From: Ostrea edulis
Lineage: Eukaryota
Direction: 5' to 3'
DNA length: 64,000 nt
Assembly: GCF_947568905.1 (NCBI RefSeq)
Contig: NC_079171.1
Coordinates: forward strand, 28,458,001-28,522,000
Below, in pieces: positions 11,991-24,678 of this stretch (positions within the stretch are counted from its first letter, which is position 1; every line of letters begins with the position of its first letter). The notes under the pieces were generated by a model. It was not told the origin of the DNA. It worked only from the letters and a program-made list of their open reading frames with translations, and searched no databases. Made by a program: the position numbers and the translations under genes.

Positions 11991-14240
11991 TTTTTAACTC
12001 AGTTGACCTATTGCAATTGGTTTTCGTCCGTCTTCGTCTGTCGTGCGTTAACAATTGAACATTTTTAACTTCTTCTTAATAACTACCGGTCCAATTCTTT
12101 TCAAATTCGGTATGAAGCATCATTGGGACAAGGGGGACATAAATTATAAATTTCAGGACTCCACCACCCCTGGGGCCTTAGGGACGGGGCAAAAACTGCC
12201 CCAAAATGACAATTTTTCAAAAATCTTCTTCTCAAGAACCACACACATGTAAGAAAAACTAAATGCATAGTAATGTAGAGCAGGAAAGCCTCTACCAAAA
12301 TGGTAAATTTCATGATCTCCGGGTAGGGATTCTGAGCCCAGGGCGGGACCAAATTTGGTATATAGTGTTTATGTGTAAAACACTTAAATAACATTTTCTT
12401 TAGTTCTATTGATACTAAATTGAAAGTAAATAGATATTTAGAAAGAATTTACCAAAATTGTAAATTTGATGATCCCAGGGGTAGGGTTTTTGGTATCAGG
12501 GTGGGGCCAAAATGTTCAGTTATTTAGTGTGTGAACAATAGACATTTTTAACTTCTTCTTGATAACTATCATTCTAATTCTTTTCAAATTTGGTATGAAA
12601 CATTTTTGGAACAAGGGGAACATAAACTGTAAATTTCAGGATTCCTGTACCCCTGGGGCCTTAGGGGCAGGGTAAAAAAACTGCCCCAAATTGACCAATT
12701 TCAAAAATCTTCTTCTCAAGAACCACACACATGTAAGAAAAACTAAATGCATAGTGATGTAGAACAGGAAAACCTCTACCAAAATTGTAAATTTCATGAT
12801 CCCTGGGGTAGGGGTTCTGACCCCAGGGCAGGGTCTAACTTGTTATATAGTGTTTGTGTGTAAAACACTTAAATAACATTTTCTTTAGTGCTTTTGATAC
12901 TAAATTGAAACTAAATGGATAGAGCAGGTAGTCTTTTACCAAACTTGTAAATTTGATTTTCCCGCAGGGATCGAAATTAACTTTTTTCACCACTAGCAAA
13001 TTTTAGCCAGTGGATTATTTTCCAACTAGCAAAATTGAGCTTTTACTAGCATTTTTCAATCGATTACTGTTTTACATGCATTTAAGAAAACAAGCATGTC
13101 TATTTATCAAAATTTTGGGAAAATCTTTTAAAATCTCCTTTAAAGTGCAATAATAAAAATAAGATTGCGAATTCTTTCATTTAAAATTCAATGAATTATC
13201 AGACAACATACATGATGTGGGTCATAGGGTACACTTGTGCGGCGTACTCGCTGTCCAGAGATCTACCACCTATTTACAGCATCATGTGGATTGAAATCTT
13301 GAAGACTGTTTGCGCCAATTCAAACTATATGTTCAAAACGTTTGGAAATTTCATCTAAAAAAAATTCTAGTTGAAAAGAAAACCCCTCGAACTCGAAGTG
13401 TTTGACTGTAGAGTACAGAAGGACACCGCGTGAAACGGTGACACACTGTCATGTGTTGTTTCATGTAGACACGGACGAGATCAATATGCTTGCTATTTAA
13501 ATCAGACGTCTCTGAGACGTCCGAAATGTGTATGAAGTAGGCCATCTTCGACATCACTGACTGAGATTATCTTGGCCCTAGTTATTTATTCGATCCAAGT
13601 TTACTTTTTCAATACTTGTATATTCATTCTGCAAAGCGTTTCTATGCACAAGACAAAATTATTGTAAACTTCAAAGTACAGCCAATAAACCGAGGAAATC
13701 CGGGAAAAAGATCGGGGTTTTGTCACTCGCAAAAAGTTGCGATCACTTGTGATTTTTTAGTCGCAAATTCAATTTTTAACTCGCATTTAGCGAGTATTTC
13801 CCCTTAATTTCGTTGCCTGTTTCCCCAGAGTAAGGGTTTGGACCCCAGGGTGGGGCCAAACTTAGTATATAGTATTTATGCGTAAGTTTGCTGATACTGT
13901 ATAAAATCTTAACGCATACTTAGGAATAGCAGAAAAGGATGTACAAAAAATGGTGAATTTCACAACCCAGGGTTATGACTTTAAGATGAGTCCAAATTAG
14001 CCATATCTTTTGAAGTTTTAATGCTAATACACCTATTATTTAAAGCCTTTCATCAGTGTATGCACTTTTGAGGGCAGTGAAGTTTTAAGAAAACATCTTG
14101 TTTTATACTGTTGCTGAACATTAGAATTTAGCTTAGATATTTAGAACAGGAAATTTTTTCTAGATTTCACAGCCCATGGAAGTAGTGATACTTTTTCACT
14201 AGTATTCAGGTGACCGATAAGGCCTGTGGCCCTCTTGTTT
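11991..14240 (+). mobile_element. Helentron/HINE-like non-autonomous element with internal tandem repeats and a nested TIR element
   Basis: gtcc/gtct microsatellite-like 5' region, repeated internal blocks, 3' aggtgaccgataaggcctgtggccctcttgtt end followed by a T run. Confidence 0.7.
12965..13819. mobile_element. hAT-like TIR element nested in the HINE
   Basis: cagggatcgaaattaa / ttaatttcgttgcctg imperfect TIRs; imperfect 8-bp flanks ttttcccg / tttcccca. Confidence 0.55.
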
Positions 14241-15020
14241 GTTTTTTTTTTTTTTTTTTTTTTTTTATCTTAATCGTAAGATTTTTTGTCAATTCCAGAT
14301 CTTTGAAGTACAGACCTTATAGATATGCACTTAAGTCATATTGTCCTCAATTTACCACAATAGGAAAATATACAGTGCATTGACATTTTTGTGATAATAT
14401 GACAACCAACTAATAAATCAAATTCAAAAAACATATTAGTAAGTGTTGATAAGAAAATTGCAGATACTATCGAACTACACTCTGTACGGGAGATGAGCAG
14501 CTATTAGTAGCTCATTACTTTAGGATATGACGTAAGGGTGACGTAAGACGTGGAATTTAGGGGCGAGATCAAAAGTTCAATGTCTGACAAAAAAACTAAA
14601 TGCACATAGTTTTCATCAAGATCCCCCCATCCCCCTTTAAAACTAAATATGATGAATGTTGAAGCTAATCGATTAACAAGTAAAAACATACGATTATACA
14701 TAACACTCTGTGTACCTTTTCTACTGTTTATTCACAAATGAAAGTCACTGCATTAAAGTTATGAGATGTTCATTAAGATGTAATATTATTATGTGGTTTT
14801 TAACAGTCGCTTGTCTTTTTCCACTAAAGTGTAATCAATGTCGGATGACAGAAACTTACAGGAAATTTTATCCCCCTCCCCCTAACTATTTGAATTTAGA
14901 TTTTTATCCGGCATCGATCTTTACATGGGTTGTACATAGTGAGACTGATATCGTTTCTATGGTTTCCACAAATAAGTAATATTTGTGTAACGCAGTCGTT
15001 TCTTCGGGGATACTTATCTT

Positions 15021-16456
15021 GGGTGTTGCTAAAATGCAGAACGGAAAACGAAACGGAACGGAATTTAAGAATCACAGGATTAATGTAGCTATGATATCAC
15101 CAAAAAATCGGACCAATGCGCTTTATTTAGCTTAAAATCAATATTTGCGTAGTATGTTTACAAGCGGTAAAATAATTTCATCTTAAAATTCTACACCATG
15201 AATTGATTAAGCTAGGTTAATTTCGGCATTGACGATATTCACGAGCAGCAACATCTATGGTTAGAGAATGGAAAGAACACACAAGGTTTATATGCCCCCT
15301 TCCTCTCGTAGTAAAAAGTATATAATGCACATGTATTTACACATAATACGGTGTATGTGTGTACTTACAACAAGTTAAACATCTTGTGTTTGATTTATCA
15401 TTATTTAACAGAGACTGAGTGAGCGCAGCGCTTCAGTCCTAAATAGGGAGGGCTTCTGGTAGTTTATTTCTAAACTAAGTACTGATATCTTATTATTTAG
15501 ATTAATAATGAGACCGACTTATAATTACAATAAAACACAACTTGTAAGCTAGACTTTTAGCAATTTCAAATATTACTAAACCTGTTAAATCCTCTTACTT
15601 ACGATGGGTCGTACACTTCACCTTAGTTTGCTTTGGTTCTTTTGCAATCGTTTTCCCGCTGTGTCTCCTCGGGTTCAACACTATACCGCAGGAAAATCGA
15701 ACTTCGCATGTAAAAGTTATGGAAAAACCATATTGTCAAAAGTGGGGTCAAGGTCAAGTTCCCCTGCTACTACGTGTCTGTAATCATTCTTTGTTCTTAG
15801 ACTCACGTGTACCTTACACGTGTTAATTACTGGAACTCGTGTTCTATACGTATGTCATAGTCAAAAATTCATGAATGACATGCAGCCTTCTTGTTCATGA
15901 CGTTGCATAGGTTAATGTCAAAAATGGCACAACGTTATCGTAAACTACACTGTATTTACGTTATTATTGTATATAAATAAAGCTTCCTACAGACATATGA
16001 CGATCATTTTATGGAAATATACACTCTATAAAGGAAATATACACTCTATAAAGGAAATATACACTCTATAAAAGAATTTTGAGTAATGTCATTTTATTTG
16101 GACGCGGGCCAAATTTGGTCCCAAACGCACAGTGTCCTTTGATAGGGGTTAGATTATAATTCAATTCTTTCTCAGTGTATCTATCTTAATTTTTCTTAAA
16201 TTTGAAACAACATAAAAGTACTATCATAATTGTAGGGGGTTGGGGTGTCAGAAAATGACAAAACCGGGAAAAGGGGCCGGGGGACCCACAGACACTTTCT
16301 TAATAGCTTTGATAAGTTTCAATCATTTTGAAATTCATATGCATTAGTATGAAGAATATGAAACGGTTGATTCTGAGGGGGACTTCCCGTTCTCTCTGAA
16401 ACTGCTTTCCTTCTTTTCTGTTATGTTGATTTACATTCCGCGTTTTAGCAACACCC
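15021..16456. mobile_element. Putative TIR element
   Basis: Perfect 14-bp inverted ends gggtgttgctaaaa / ttttagcaacaccc; TSD not clear. Confidence 0.5.
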
Positions 16457-17595
16457 ACCCATCTTGAGGACATTTGATACGTATGAAAAAATAAAAATTT
16501 TAAAAAAATATGGATGTATGTGTCGATGTATTCATTTTGGTTTACATGTAGTTTGGTTGTAACAAGTTCTAATATAAATTTCATAAAAACATTTAGGGGT
16601 CTGAATATTTTCTATGATGTTCAAAAGTTGAAATATATTACTTTTCTATAATTTTATATACATGCATCTCCCCCACTGTTTTGGACTGAATTATGATCAT
16701 AGAAATGAATTACATTATACACATTTTACTTATCTAAAAACATAAGAGTTTTCATTTTTTCTTATAATTCTTGAAAAATAGCGTTTGTAACAAGAGTCCT
16801 TAAGCATATTTTGGACGTTGAATGTGATAATCATGTTTATATATGTGCACTCAAGTTTATTAAAGATTCATTTCGAAACATTTTCTACAATTTCTACCAG
16901 TGCAGTATTCACTAGACGCACGGGTACAGGTGCAATGTCTGTGAAAATATATACCAATTGTCAACTGATGCAATCATGAAAGGCGAAGATAACGAACAGT
17001 GATCAATATCATAACTCCTATAAGCAATACAAAATAGATAGTTGGGCGAACACGGACCCCTGGACACACCAGAGGTGGGATCAGGTACCTAGGAGGGGTA
17101 AGCATCCCCTGTCAGGATAAAAAAGTCGATATCCAGCAGAACAAATACAGTCAAACGCGCTTTTAACGAAGTGCTGGGGGACCAACAATTTGGATTCGTT
17201 ATAAATGCAATTCATTATATCCAATAAGTTCATAACGTGTTTTAAAACTACATTCATTATAAGATTTCCTAGTCATTAAAATAGGCATGTAATATTTATC
17301 ACGATTCATCCGCACGTTGTCCACAACTGCAACGTATTCACAAGGAAATTGTTATCGTCGAAATTTGTGAAGACATTAAAGGCAAAAGCATTGGAAATGC
17401 CAATATTAGGACTTCACTCCGGCGTACTTTTCATGAAGCGCTAACAGACGTCATAAAGTTTGCCGCGTCGCAGTTCATAACCTCATATATTTTCAAAATT
17501 GAAATTTATTTTTAAACACATCAGTATCCTTCCGTGACGTCATACGATTTATGACCCTTGGTGAAGATCAATATATTTCTTCTTGGTTTTTTAAG

Positions 17596-17762
17596 GCAGT
17601 GAATTATAAATACGACATTAAATCTACTATGAACACATGGACCCGCCAGATGGGTTACCCAATCATTACGATGCACGCCCAGGGAGACAGTTATTATCTA
17701 ACCCAGAGTAGATTTCTTCTTGACGACGGTAAAACCACCAACTCTAATGGAGGGATGTACGA
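17596..17762 (+). CDS. M1 aminopeptidase exon 5: AVNYKYDIKSTMNTWTRQMGYPIITMHAQGDSYYLTQSRFLLDDGKTTNSNGGMY(D)
   Basis: ttttttaag / gtaagt, 167 nt. M.TWT.QMGYP.I and Q.RFL motifs. Follows a 10.9-kb intron. Confidence 0.93.
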
Positions 17763-17960
17763 GTAAGTAGTCGTATTGTTTTAATGGAGGATTGTACAAG
17801 TAAGTAGTCATATCGTTTTAATGGAGGGCTACCTGTCCCAGTAAGTAGTCGTGTCGTTTTAATGGAGGGTTGTACGAGTAAGTAGTCGTGTCGTTTTAAT
17901 GGAGGGTTGTACCAGTAAGTAGTAGTATCGTTTTAATGGAGTGTTTTACCAGTAAGTAGT
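17746..17960 (+). repeat. 37-bp repeat x6 containing the exon-5 donor
   Basis: gtaagtag at 17763, 17800, 17841, 17878, 17915 and 17952. Confidence 0.92.
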
Positions 17961-18072
17961 TGTATCATGTACTTAGAAGTACTTGTTGAGTAAAACAGTG
18001 TATATAAACACTTTGATACGAAGACTGTAGTATAGTTGGCGATATATTAATGTGATGCATTTGACAATTCAG

Positions 18073-18152
18073 CTACAAATGGGTGGTGCCATTTACTTAC
18101 ATCACAGAAGGTGATCAGGAGGTGCAACTGCAGTGGATGAATAAATCTTCAG
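18073..18152 (+). CDS. M1 aminopeptidase exon 6: YKWVVPFTYITEGDQEVQLQWMNKSS
   Basis: attcag / gtaaga, 80 nt, phase compatible. Y.W.VP.TY motif. Confidence 0.9.
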
Positions 18153-18240
18153 GTAAGATAACAAATCTTCAGGTAAGATAACAAATCCTCAGGTAAGATA
18201 ACAAATCCTCAGGTAAGATAACAAATCCTCGGGTAAAATG
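18143..18240 (+). repeat. 20-bp repeat x4-5 containing the exon-6 donor
   Basis: Unit aaatc(t/c)tcag|gtaagataac. Confidence 0.92.
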
Positions 18241-18424
18241 TGTGGATATAACAACCAGATGTGGATATACTAAAAAATTATTCAGGTAAAATATGTGGAC
18301 AGTTCAGTGAGATATTTTTGTTTTTACAATATATAGAAGACATTTAAGAAATACTAGTAAATTTCATTTTTGAAAATACCTGAGGGTATGAACAGCAACA
18401 CTTGACGCTGGCATACTTTTCAGG

Positions 18425-19085
18425 AAGCGGCGATGCGCTTATGGGAAGTGGCGACGCGCTTTATGGGAAGTGATGACGCGCTTTATGGAAAGTGGCGACG
18501 CGCTTTATGGGAAGTGGCGACGCGCTTTATGGGAAGCGGTGACGCACTTTATGGCAAGCGGTGACGCACTTTATGGGAAGCGGTGACGCGCTTTATGGGA
18601 AGTGGCGACGCGCTTTATGGGAAGTGATGACGCGCTTTATGGAAAGTGGCGACGCGCTTTATGGGAAGTGGCGACGCGTTTTATGGAAAGTGGCGACGCG
18701 CTTTATGGGAAGTGGCGACGCGCTTTATGGGAAGCTGTGACGCACTTTATGGGAAGCAGTGACGTGCTTTATGGGAAGTGGCGACGCGCTTTATGGGAAG
18801 TGATGAAGCGCTTTATGGAAAGTGGCGACGCGCTTTATGGGAAGTGGCGACGCGTTTTATGGAAAGTGGCGACGCGCTTTATGGGAAGTGGCGACGCGCT
18901 TTATGGGAAGCTGTGACGCACTTTATGGGAAGCAGTGACGCGCTTTATGGGAAGTGGCGACGCGCTTTATGGGAAGTGATGAAGCGCTTTATGGAAAGTG
19001 GCGACGCGCTTTATGGGAAGTGGCGACGCGTTTTATGGAAAGTGGCGATGCGCTTTATGGGAAGTGGCGACGCGCTTTATGAAGT
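18425..19085. repeat. 22-bp CpG-rich minisatellite (~30 copies)
   Basis: Unit ggcgacgcgctttatgggaagt. Confidence 0.95.
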
Positions 19086-19360
19086 ATGCAAGCGTAAAGC
19101 ATTGCAGTTCATACCCTTAAGTATTTTCAAAAATGAAATATATTTATTCTACTTTCCTTTTCGTTGGAATCTCAATCCGTTAAATCATATGTACTGTATT
19201 TATTAGAACTCGTATACACATTATTCACAACAAATTCATTATTGCAATTCGTAAAGATATTGAAGGCAAACACATTAAAAATATAGACGTGTTGTATTGA
19301 ATTTCTAGTTACTGATATCCTATCTCGTATTTGATCCATTTGTTTCTTTACGAAATGCAG

Positions 19361-19485
19361 CCACAATACCAAGGACTACAGACTCGTGGATTCTGGCCAA
19401 TTATGAGTACGTGGGGTATTATCGCGTGAATTATGAGGTTGACATGTGGGCGCAACTGGCCGGTATTCTGAATCGAAACCACACC
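19361..19485 (+). CDS. M1 aminopeptidase exon 7: ATIPRTTDSWILANYEYVGYYRVNYEVDMWAQLAGILNRNHT
   Basis: atgcag / gtaagt, 125 nt. W...N....GYYRVNY motif of the ERAP1-like C domain. Confidence 0.95.
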
Positions 19486-19703
19486 GTAAGTCACGCCCGC
19501 ATTCTCGTTCACATAGACACCTCAAACAAAGAAATATCGATAATGTTGTTGCCACAGTGTTAGAAATGAACTACATGTATGTTGTTTCTGTAAAGCAGAT
19601 TCATGTTGTATGATATTTCAACTGTAATCATGAAATGGGCATACTCTGAAATGTAGAAAATTTATTTTTTAAAAATGGAGTAATGTTTACGACACTTTTT
19701 CAG

Positions 19704-19759
19704 GAGTTTCCGGAAGCAAACCGAGCGGGATTGATAGGAGACTCCTTTAACCTGGCCAG
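19704..19759 (+). CDS. M1 aminopeptidase exon 8: EFPEANRAGLIGDSFNLA(R)
   Basis: ttttcag / gtgtgt, 56 nt. NRA.LI.D.FNLA motif. Confidence 0.93.
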
Positions 19760-19761
19760 GT

Positions 19762-20010
19762 GTGTTCTCTAGAGAATGCGAAACTGTACGAATTAATTAT
19801 TGAAATCACGCGTGTTCTCTAGAGAATGCGAAACTGTACGAATTAATTATTGAAATCACGCGTATTCTCTAGAGAATGCGAAACTGTACGAATTAATTAT
19901 TGAAATCACGCGTGTTCTCTAGAGAACGAGAAACTGTACGAATTAATTATTGAAATAATGTGTGTTCTCTAAAGAATGAGAAACTGTACGAATTAATTAT
20001 TGAAATCACA
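19762..20010. repeat. 50-bp repeat x5 starting at the exon-8 donor
   Basis: Unit gtgttctctagagaatgcgaaactgtacgaattaattattgaaatcacgc. Confidence 0.93.
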
Positions 20011-20471
20011 ATCAATTCTGAATAGCAGATGATCTAACTGATGGTAATTAAAACACAAATTTTATTTTTATTTAATACTCGAGGACATGAACTGCGACAT
20101 TTGATGCCAGCATACTTCATGAGCACATTCATAGAAATTATACTGGCGTGAAGCGTTGCTGTTCATCATATAATGTATTTTCAAAAATGAAACTTATTTT
20201 TTCATATTTGCATTTTATTCTTATTTCTGTCGGAATACCATCCTTTGTTAAAATAGCTGTACCAACTTTATCAAGATTAATACGCACATTGAACACATTC
20301 ATGAGGAAATGGTTATCATTTCAATTGGTAAAGATATCGAAAGTAAAACATGGGAAATGTAAATATTATGTTATACATATCGAAACTCTTCTACATATTT
20401 TAGACACACTGAAACTCGTAAATATAATAATTCTAGAACTACATGATTAATTGCACAGATGATAATTTTAG

Positions 20472-20619
20472 AGCGAAAATCCTGGATTATGACGTTGCAC
20501 TAAATATGACGACATATCTGAAATACGAGAGAGGTTACGCCCCCTGGGTGGCGTTTCTGGACTCCGTGGAATACATCAGAAGTTCCATCTCCAAGTCGGG
20601 GGCATATGTCCTCATGCAG
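20472..20619 (+). CDS. M1 aminopeptidase exon 9: AKILDYDVALNMTTYLKYERGYAPWVAFLDSVEYIRSSISKSGAYVLMQ
   Basis: attttag / gtacat, 148 nt. AL....YL..E..Y.PW motif. The upstream cag at 20458 would give an immediate stop. Confidence 0.9.
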
Positions 20620-20869
20620 GTACATAATTTACAATGTAGGTAAATCTAGAAGAAAAAAAATCTAATCTTGTATTTTTTTTTTGCTAGAATAATTGTGAAT
20701 TATTTTGGTTGAGATAAACGGCAATCAGTCTTATTTCTCGATAAGCTTTCAAAACATTCAGAAAAATCAACAACACTACATTCTTTGCATTGCGCTGGCA
20801 GATGTTCCAGCACTATAATAACTGACCAACATCACGCCGTCCGTAGAAGTGGTTCTCTAACGTTAAATC

Positions 20870-21530
20870 TCTATAACGTGGTATGTAGAGATGTTACTAT
20901 AATGTTTAATCTCTATATCGTTTTATGTAAATGTCTATGAATCTCTATAACGTGGTGTGTGGAGATGTCTATATAAATCTCTATAACGTGGTATGTGGAG
21001 ATGTCTCTATAAATCTCTATAACGTGGTATGTGGAGATGTCTCTATAAATCTCTATAACGTGGTACGTGATGTCTCTATAAATCTGTATAACGTGGTATG
21101 TGGAGATGTTTCTATAAATCTCTATAACGTGGCGTGTAGATGTTTCTATAAATCTCTATAACGTGGTATGTGGATTTCTCTATAAATCTCTATAACGTGG
21201 TATGTGGAGATGTCTCTATAAATCTCTATAACGTGATATGTAAATGTGGAGATGTTTCTGTAAATCTCTATAACGTGATATGTGGAGATGTCTCTATAAA
21301 TATCAATAACGTGGAATGTGGAGATGTCTCTATAAATATCTATAACGTGATATGTAAATGTGGAGATGTCTCTGTAAATCTCTATAACGTGGTATGTCGA
21401 GATGTCTGTATAAATCTCTACAGCGTGGTGTGTGGAGATGTCTCTATAAATCTCTATAACGTGGTGTGTGGAGATGTCTCTATAAATCTCTATATCGTGG
21501 TGTGTGGACATGTCTCTATAACCTGGTATA
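20870..21530. repeat. 36-bp minisatellite (~18 copies)
   Basis: Unit aaatctctataacgtggtatgtggagatgtctctat. Confidence 0.95.
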
Positions 21531-22095
21531 TATATATGCCTCTATAAAACGTTAGACATGTACAGCTGAACTACATCAAGGCGTCATGTTTGTTTGTTTT
21601 ATATGCAATGACTACCATTACTCGACAAAGAAAACATTAGTCTCATCTAAAATCATAGAGAGAGGGAATACCACCAAGTCACGTGATGATCACGCTGGCC
21701 ATTAAACTTATAGTACCCCGTTATGATGATGCTTATTGTCTGAACTACAATATGTTATTTCTACCTCAAACACGCGAGAGAAACCCAGCCAGCTACAAAT
21801 TGTCGTACAGATCAAGAGGTACTTTATATTCCAAAAGCATTAGTCAGCTGAAAACTTCTAAACACATGTCTGTCCATTGTTACTGTCAAACAAAATGAAA
21901 GTTGACAAACGTCTGCCATTCCTCGTCTAAGCTGATGAACGTCATGAGGAACAGCTGCCGTGTCTTATACTGTCTCTGTAAATGGACTATGACAGGGCCG
22001 ATTGAATTGGAATTATTTGTATATCGTTATCATTTTCGCAAATGATCGTAAACGTTTCGGGGAATTGATTTTCTGTCCATCATTTTTGAATTTAG

Positions 22096-22169
22096 AAGTA
22101 TCTACGTGATTTGGTGGCGCCAGTGTTTGACTCCATAGAGATGACCATGGAGGGGAATCTCCCAGAAAG
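22096..22169 (+). CDS. M1 aminopeptidase exon 10: KYLRDLVAPVFDSIEMTMEGNLPE(R)
   Basis: tttgaatttag / gtattt, 74 nt. Supplies the phase 0 to phase 2 link needed between exons 9 and 11. Confidence 0.88.
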
Positions 22170-23827
22170 GTATTTATTGCACAGGAAGTTCGTCAGTTTC
22201 TGTTCCCTATCGAAATGAAACTGACATACAAATCTTTTAATACCAAGAGTCCAGTTACACACAATCAAAAATACTGGAAATACCCCGGTAATTTTACAAA
22301 ATTGTCACTTTAATAAACAAATGCGAAACTAATGCATCTTCTAAGTGTGTCAACTGCAAAGCATGACAACAGTACATACATCATTTCGTGTGTTGGCGGA
22401 ATAATGTTTAAAAAACCAGGCGTATTTCTTATGTGGCACTGATAACGACTCGTATGATCTTTATAACACTCTAGTTTTTACGGAGCATGTCGGGATACCT
22501 ATAAATCAATACATGTAGTCATTGAATGTGTCTCCATTCCCCATTGCGTGTCTGTCAATATTTAGTGTGGCAGTTTCCGCAATTGTTTGGGGGATATTCT
22601 TCCCGTCTCTTGTTACCAGTTCTAAAGTGCTTTTCCTCCGATTGTCCGCCCCGAAAAACGAGGCACGAAATGTCACGGAGTACACCAAAGCAGTACATTG
22701 ATTCTGTGTAGAGGTATGTCTATAAATCTTGATATATCCCGGACAATATCATGGAGAAAGAGCGCATTGGTAACAGGACATCCTCATAAATTTCTCTGTC
22801 CCTCAGCATTTGTCCATATTTAGTAGTGTGGTTATTTGTCATGCAATTCGACATGTATTTTCAGAAACAAGGTTTTTCTCCTACATATCTCAGTGAAGGA
22901 CCCGCATAATGTGCTCTTGAATTTTTTTTATGTACATGTATAAAATTTTGTTTGTATAACGTGTTCGATTTAAGCTAACTTGAAAATACCTCTTTATTGT
23001 TCATATATATAGTTTCTTTCTTATACGTTCAATGAAGTTTTGTACAATTAACGAGGTTCTAACTTTGTAAAATCATATCCCATTTTTTAAATGGATCACT
23101 ACAGTGAAACCAGCTTATACGCAATCCCCGGGAACACTTATTTTCTTATAGCCGAGATTCGTCATATCGAGATAAGGACATTTCATGTTTTTGCAAAGAA
23201 GTATCTTATATCCTAAACGAACTGACACTTAACTGCAATAATCTTGTCAGATTTTTCTCCTTGGAGATCAAAATCGTATGGTGCACACCGCTATATCTTT
23301 TTGCTATATTCTTACAACTATTCCATATTCTAGTATTGTATTTTCTATGTCAACTATGCAATTAAAATAGCACCGTCATATGTACAAACCATGACCAAAA
23401 ATAGATTTGGAGAGCCTATCGGGAATTGCACAGAAAACTTATACGGGTGTTGAATGGGATTATAAGAATGTGGTTATGATGGGCCAATGACGTCTGTTGG
23501 AAGAGATGAAAATACTATTCCGATGTTTTCACAACTTCCATGGACTCCGATGAAAATGGAACACTTACAATTTCATAATATGTTAAAAATAATATGTGAA
23601 CGAAGTTTACATACATGCATACTTTGTATTTTCGACTCGATCACAAAATTGGAAAATATCCTTCAGGGCAAAAACTATCAAACGGTTACTTACTCCTCCT
23701 ACACACCTGATCCCACTTTTGGTATGTCCATGGGTTCCTGTTTGCCTTTCTCCTAATTTTGTATTTTCTATGCGTGGGCTTTATAGGATTGATCACTGTT
23801 TGTTATCTTCACTATTTCATTGTACAG

Positions 23828-23932
23828 ATACTTACGGCAGACCATTCTAAAGCTGGCCTGTAATGTTGGTTACAAGCGAGCAGTGGAATACGCCAAGGGA
23901 ATGTTTTATCACTGGAAGAACGACGGAATCAC
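23828..23932 (+). CDS. M1 aminopeptidase exon 11: YLRQTILKLACNVGYKRAVEYAKGMFYHWKNDGI(T)
   Basis: ttgtacag / gtgagt, 105 nt. LR..IL..AC..G.....A...F..W motif. Confidence 0.92.
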
Positions 23933-24289
23933 GTGAGTAGCGCAATTCCTTTCAACATCTGTACGTACCATACCCAACCTACCCTATTAAGAATACTATA
24001 TCTTGATACACTGATTTCCTATAGTAAAAACTGTGACACTTTGAATAAGTAAAAACCCTATGATTTAGTAAAAATTCTGATAACTTGATTTATTGTAGTA
24101 TAAACTCTGACCCTTTCATTTCTCATAGACATTGAATACCTTAAAATAGGTATCGTGACAATTGTTAATGATCAATCTCATTAGAGAAAATACCTTCATG
24201 CAAATGTAGTAAAACGTTTAGATTATATCATGCTTTAACTATTGTATAGTATACTAAAGAAAACATTTATACTGTATTCTATTTCAGGA

Positions 24290-24660
24290 CGGTTGCATTT
24301 TACACTATATTTGATTTTAGGACTGTGACGTTATACACTAGGTTTCATTTTAGGACTGTGACGTTATACACTAGATTTCATTTTAGGACTGTGACGTTAT
24401 ACACTATATTTCATTTCAGGACTGTGACGTTATACACTAGATTTCATTTTAGGACTATGAAGTACACTAGATTTCATTTTAGGACTGTGACGTTATACAC
24501 TAGATTTCATTTTAGAACTGTGACGTTATACACTAGATTTCATTTTAGGACTGTGACGTTATACACTAGATTTCATTTTAGGACTGTGACGTACACTAGA
24601 TTTCAATTTAGGACTGTGACGTTGTACACTAGATTTCATTTTAGGACTGTAAGGTTGTTC
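24290..24660 (+). repeat. 33-bp minisatellite (~11 copies), each unit ending tttcattttag
   Basis: Unit gactgtgacgttatacactagatttcattttag; one more unit lies after the TIR insertion at 25430. Confidence 0.93.
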
Positions 24661-24678
24661 ACTACGGGTATATTTGTA

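Noticed and set aside
18602-19206. ORFs with repeating MATRFMGS../ALYGKWRR.. peptides (also 3121, 7039, 20931-21547, 24325 and 63666-63955)
   Set aside because: Translations of minisatellites inside introns or repeats; no splice or codon support as genes.
20459-20471. Upstream cag acceptor for exon 9
   Set aside because: Would create AGA TGA (stop); the ttttag at 20471 keeps the frame.
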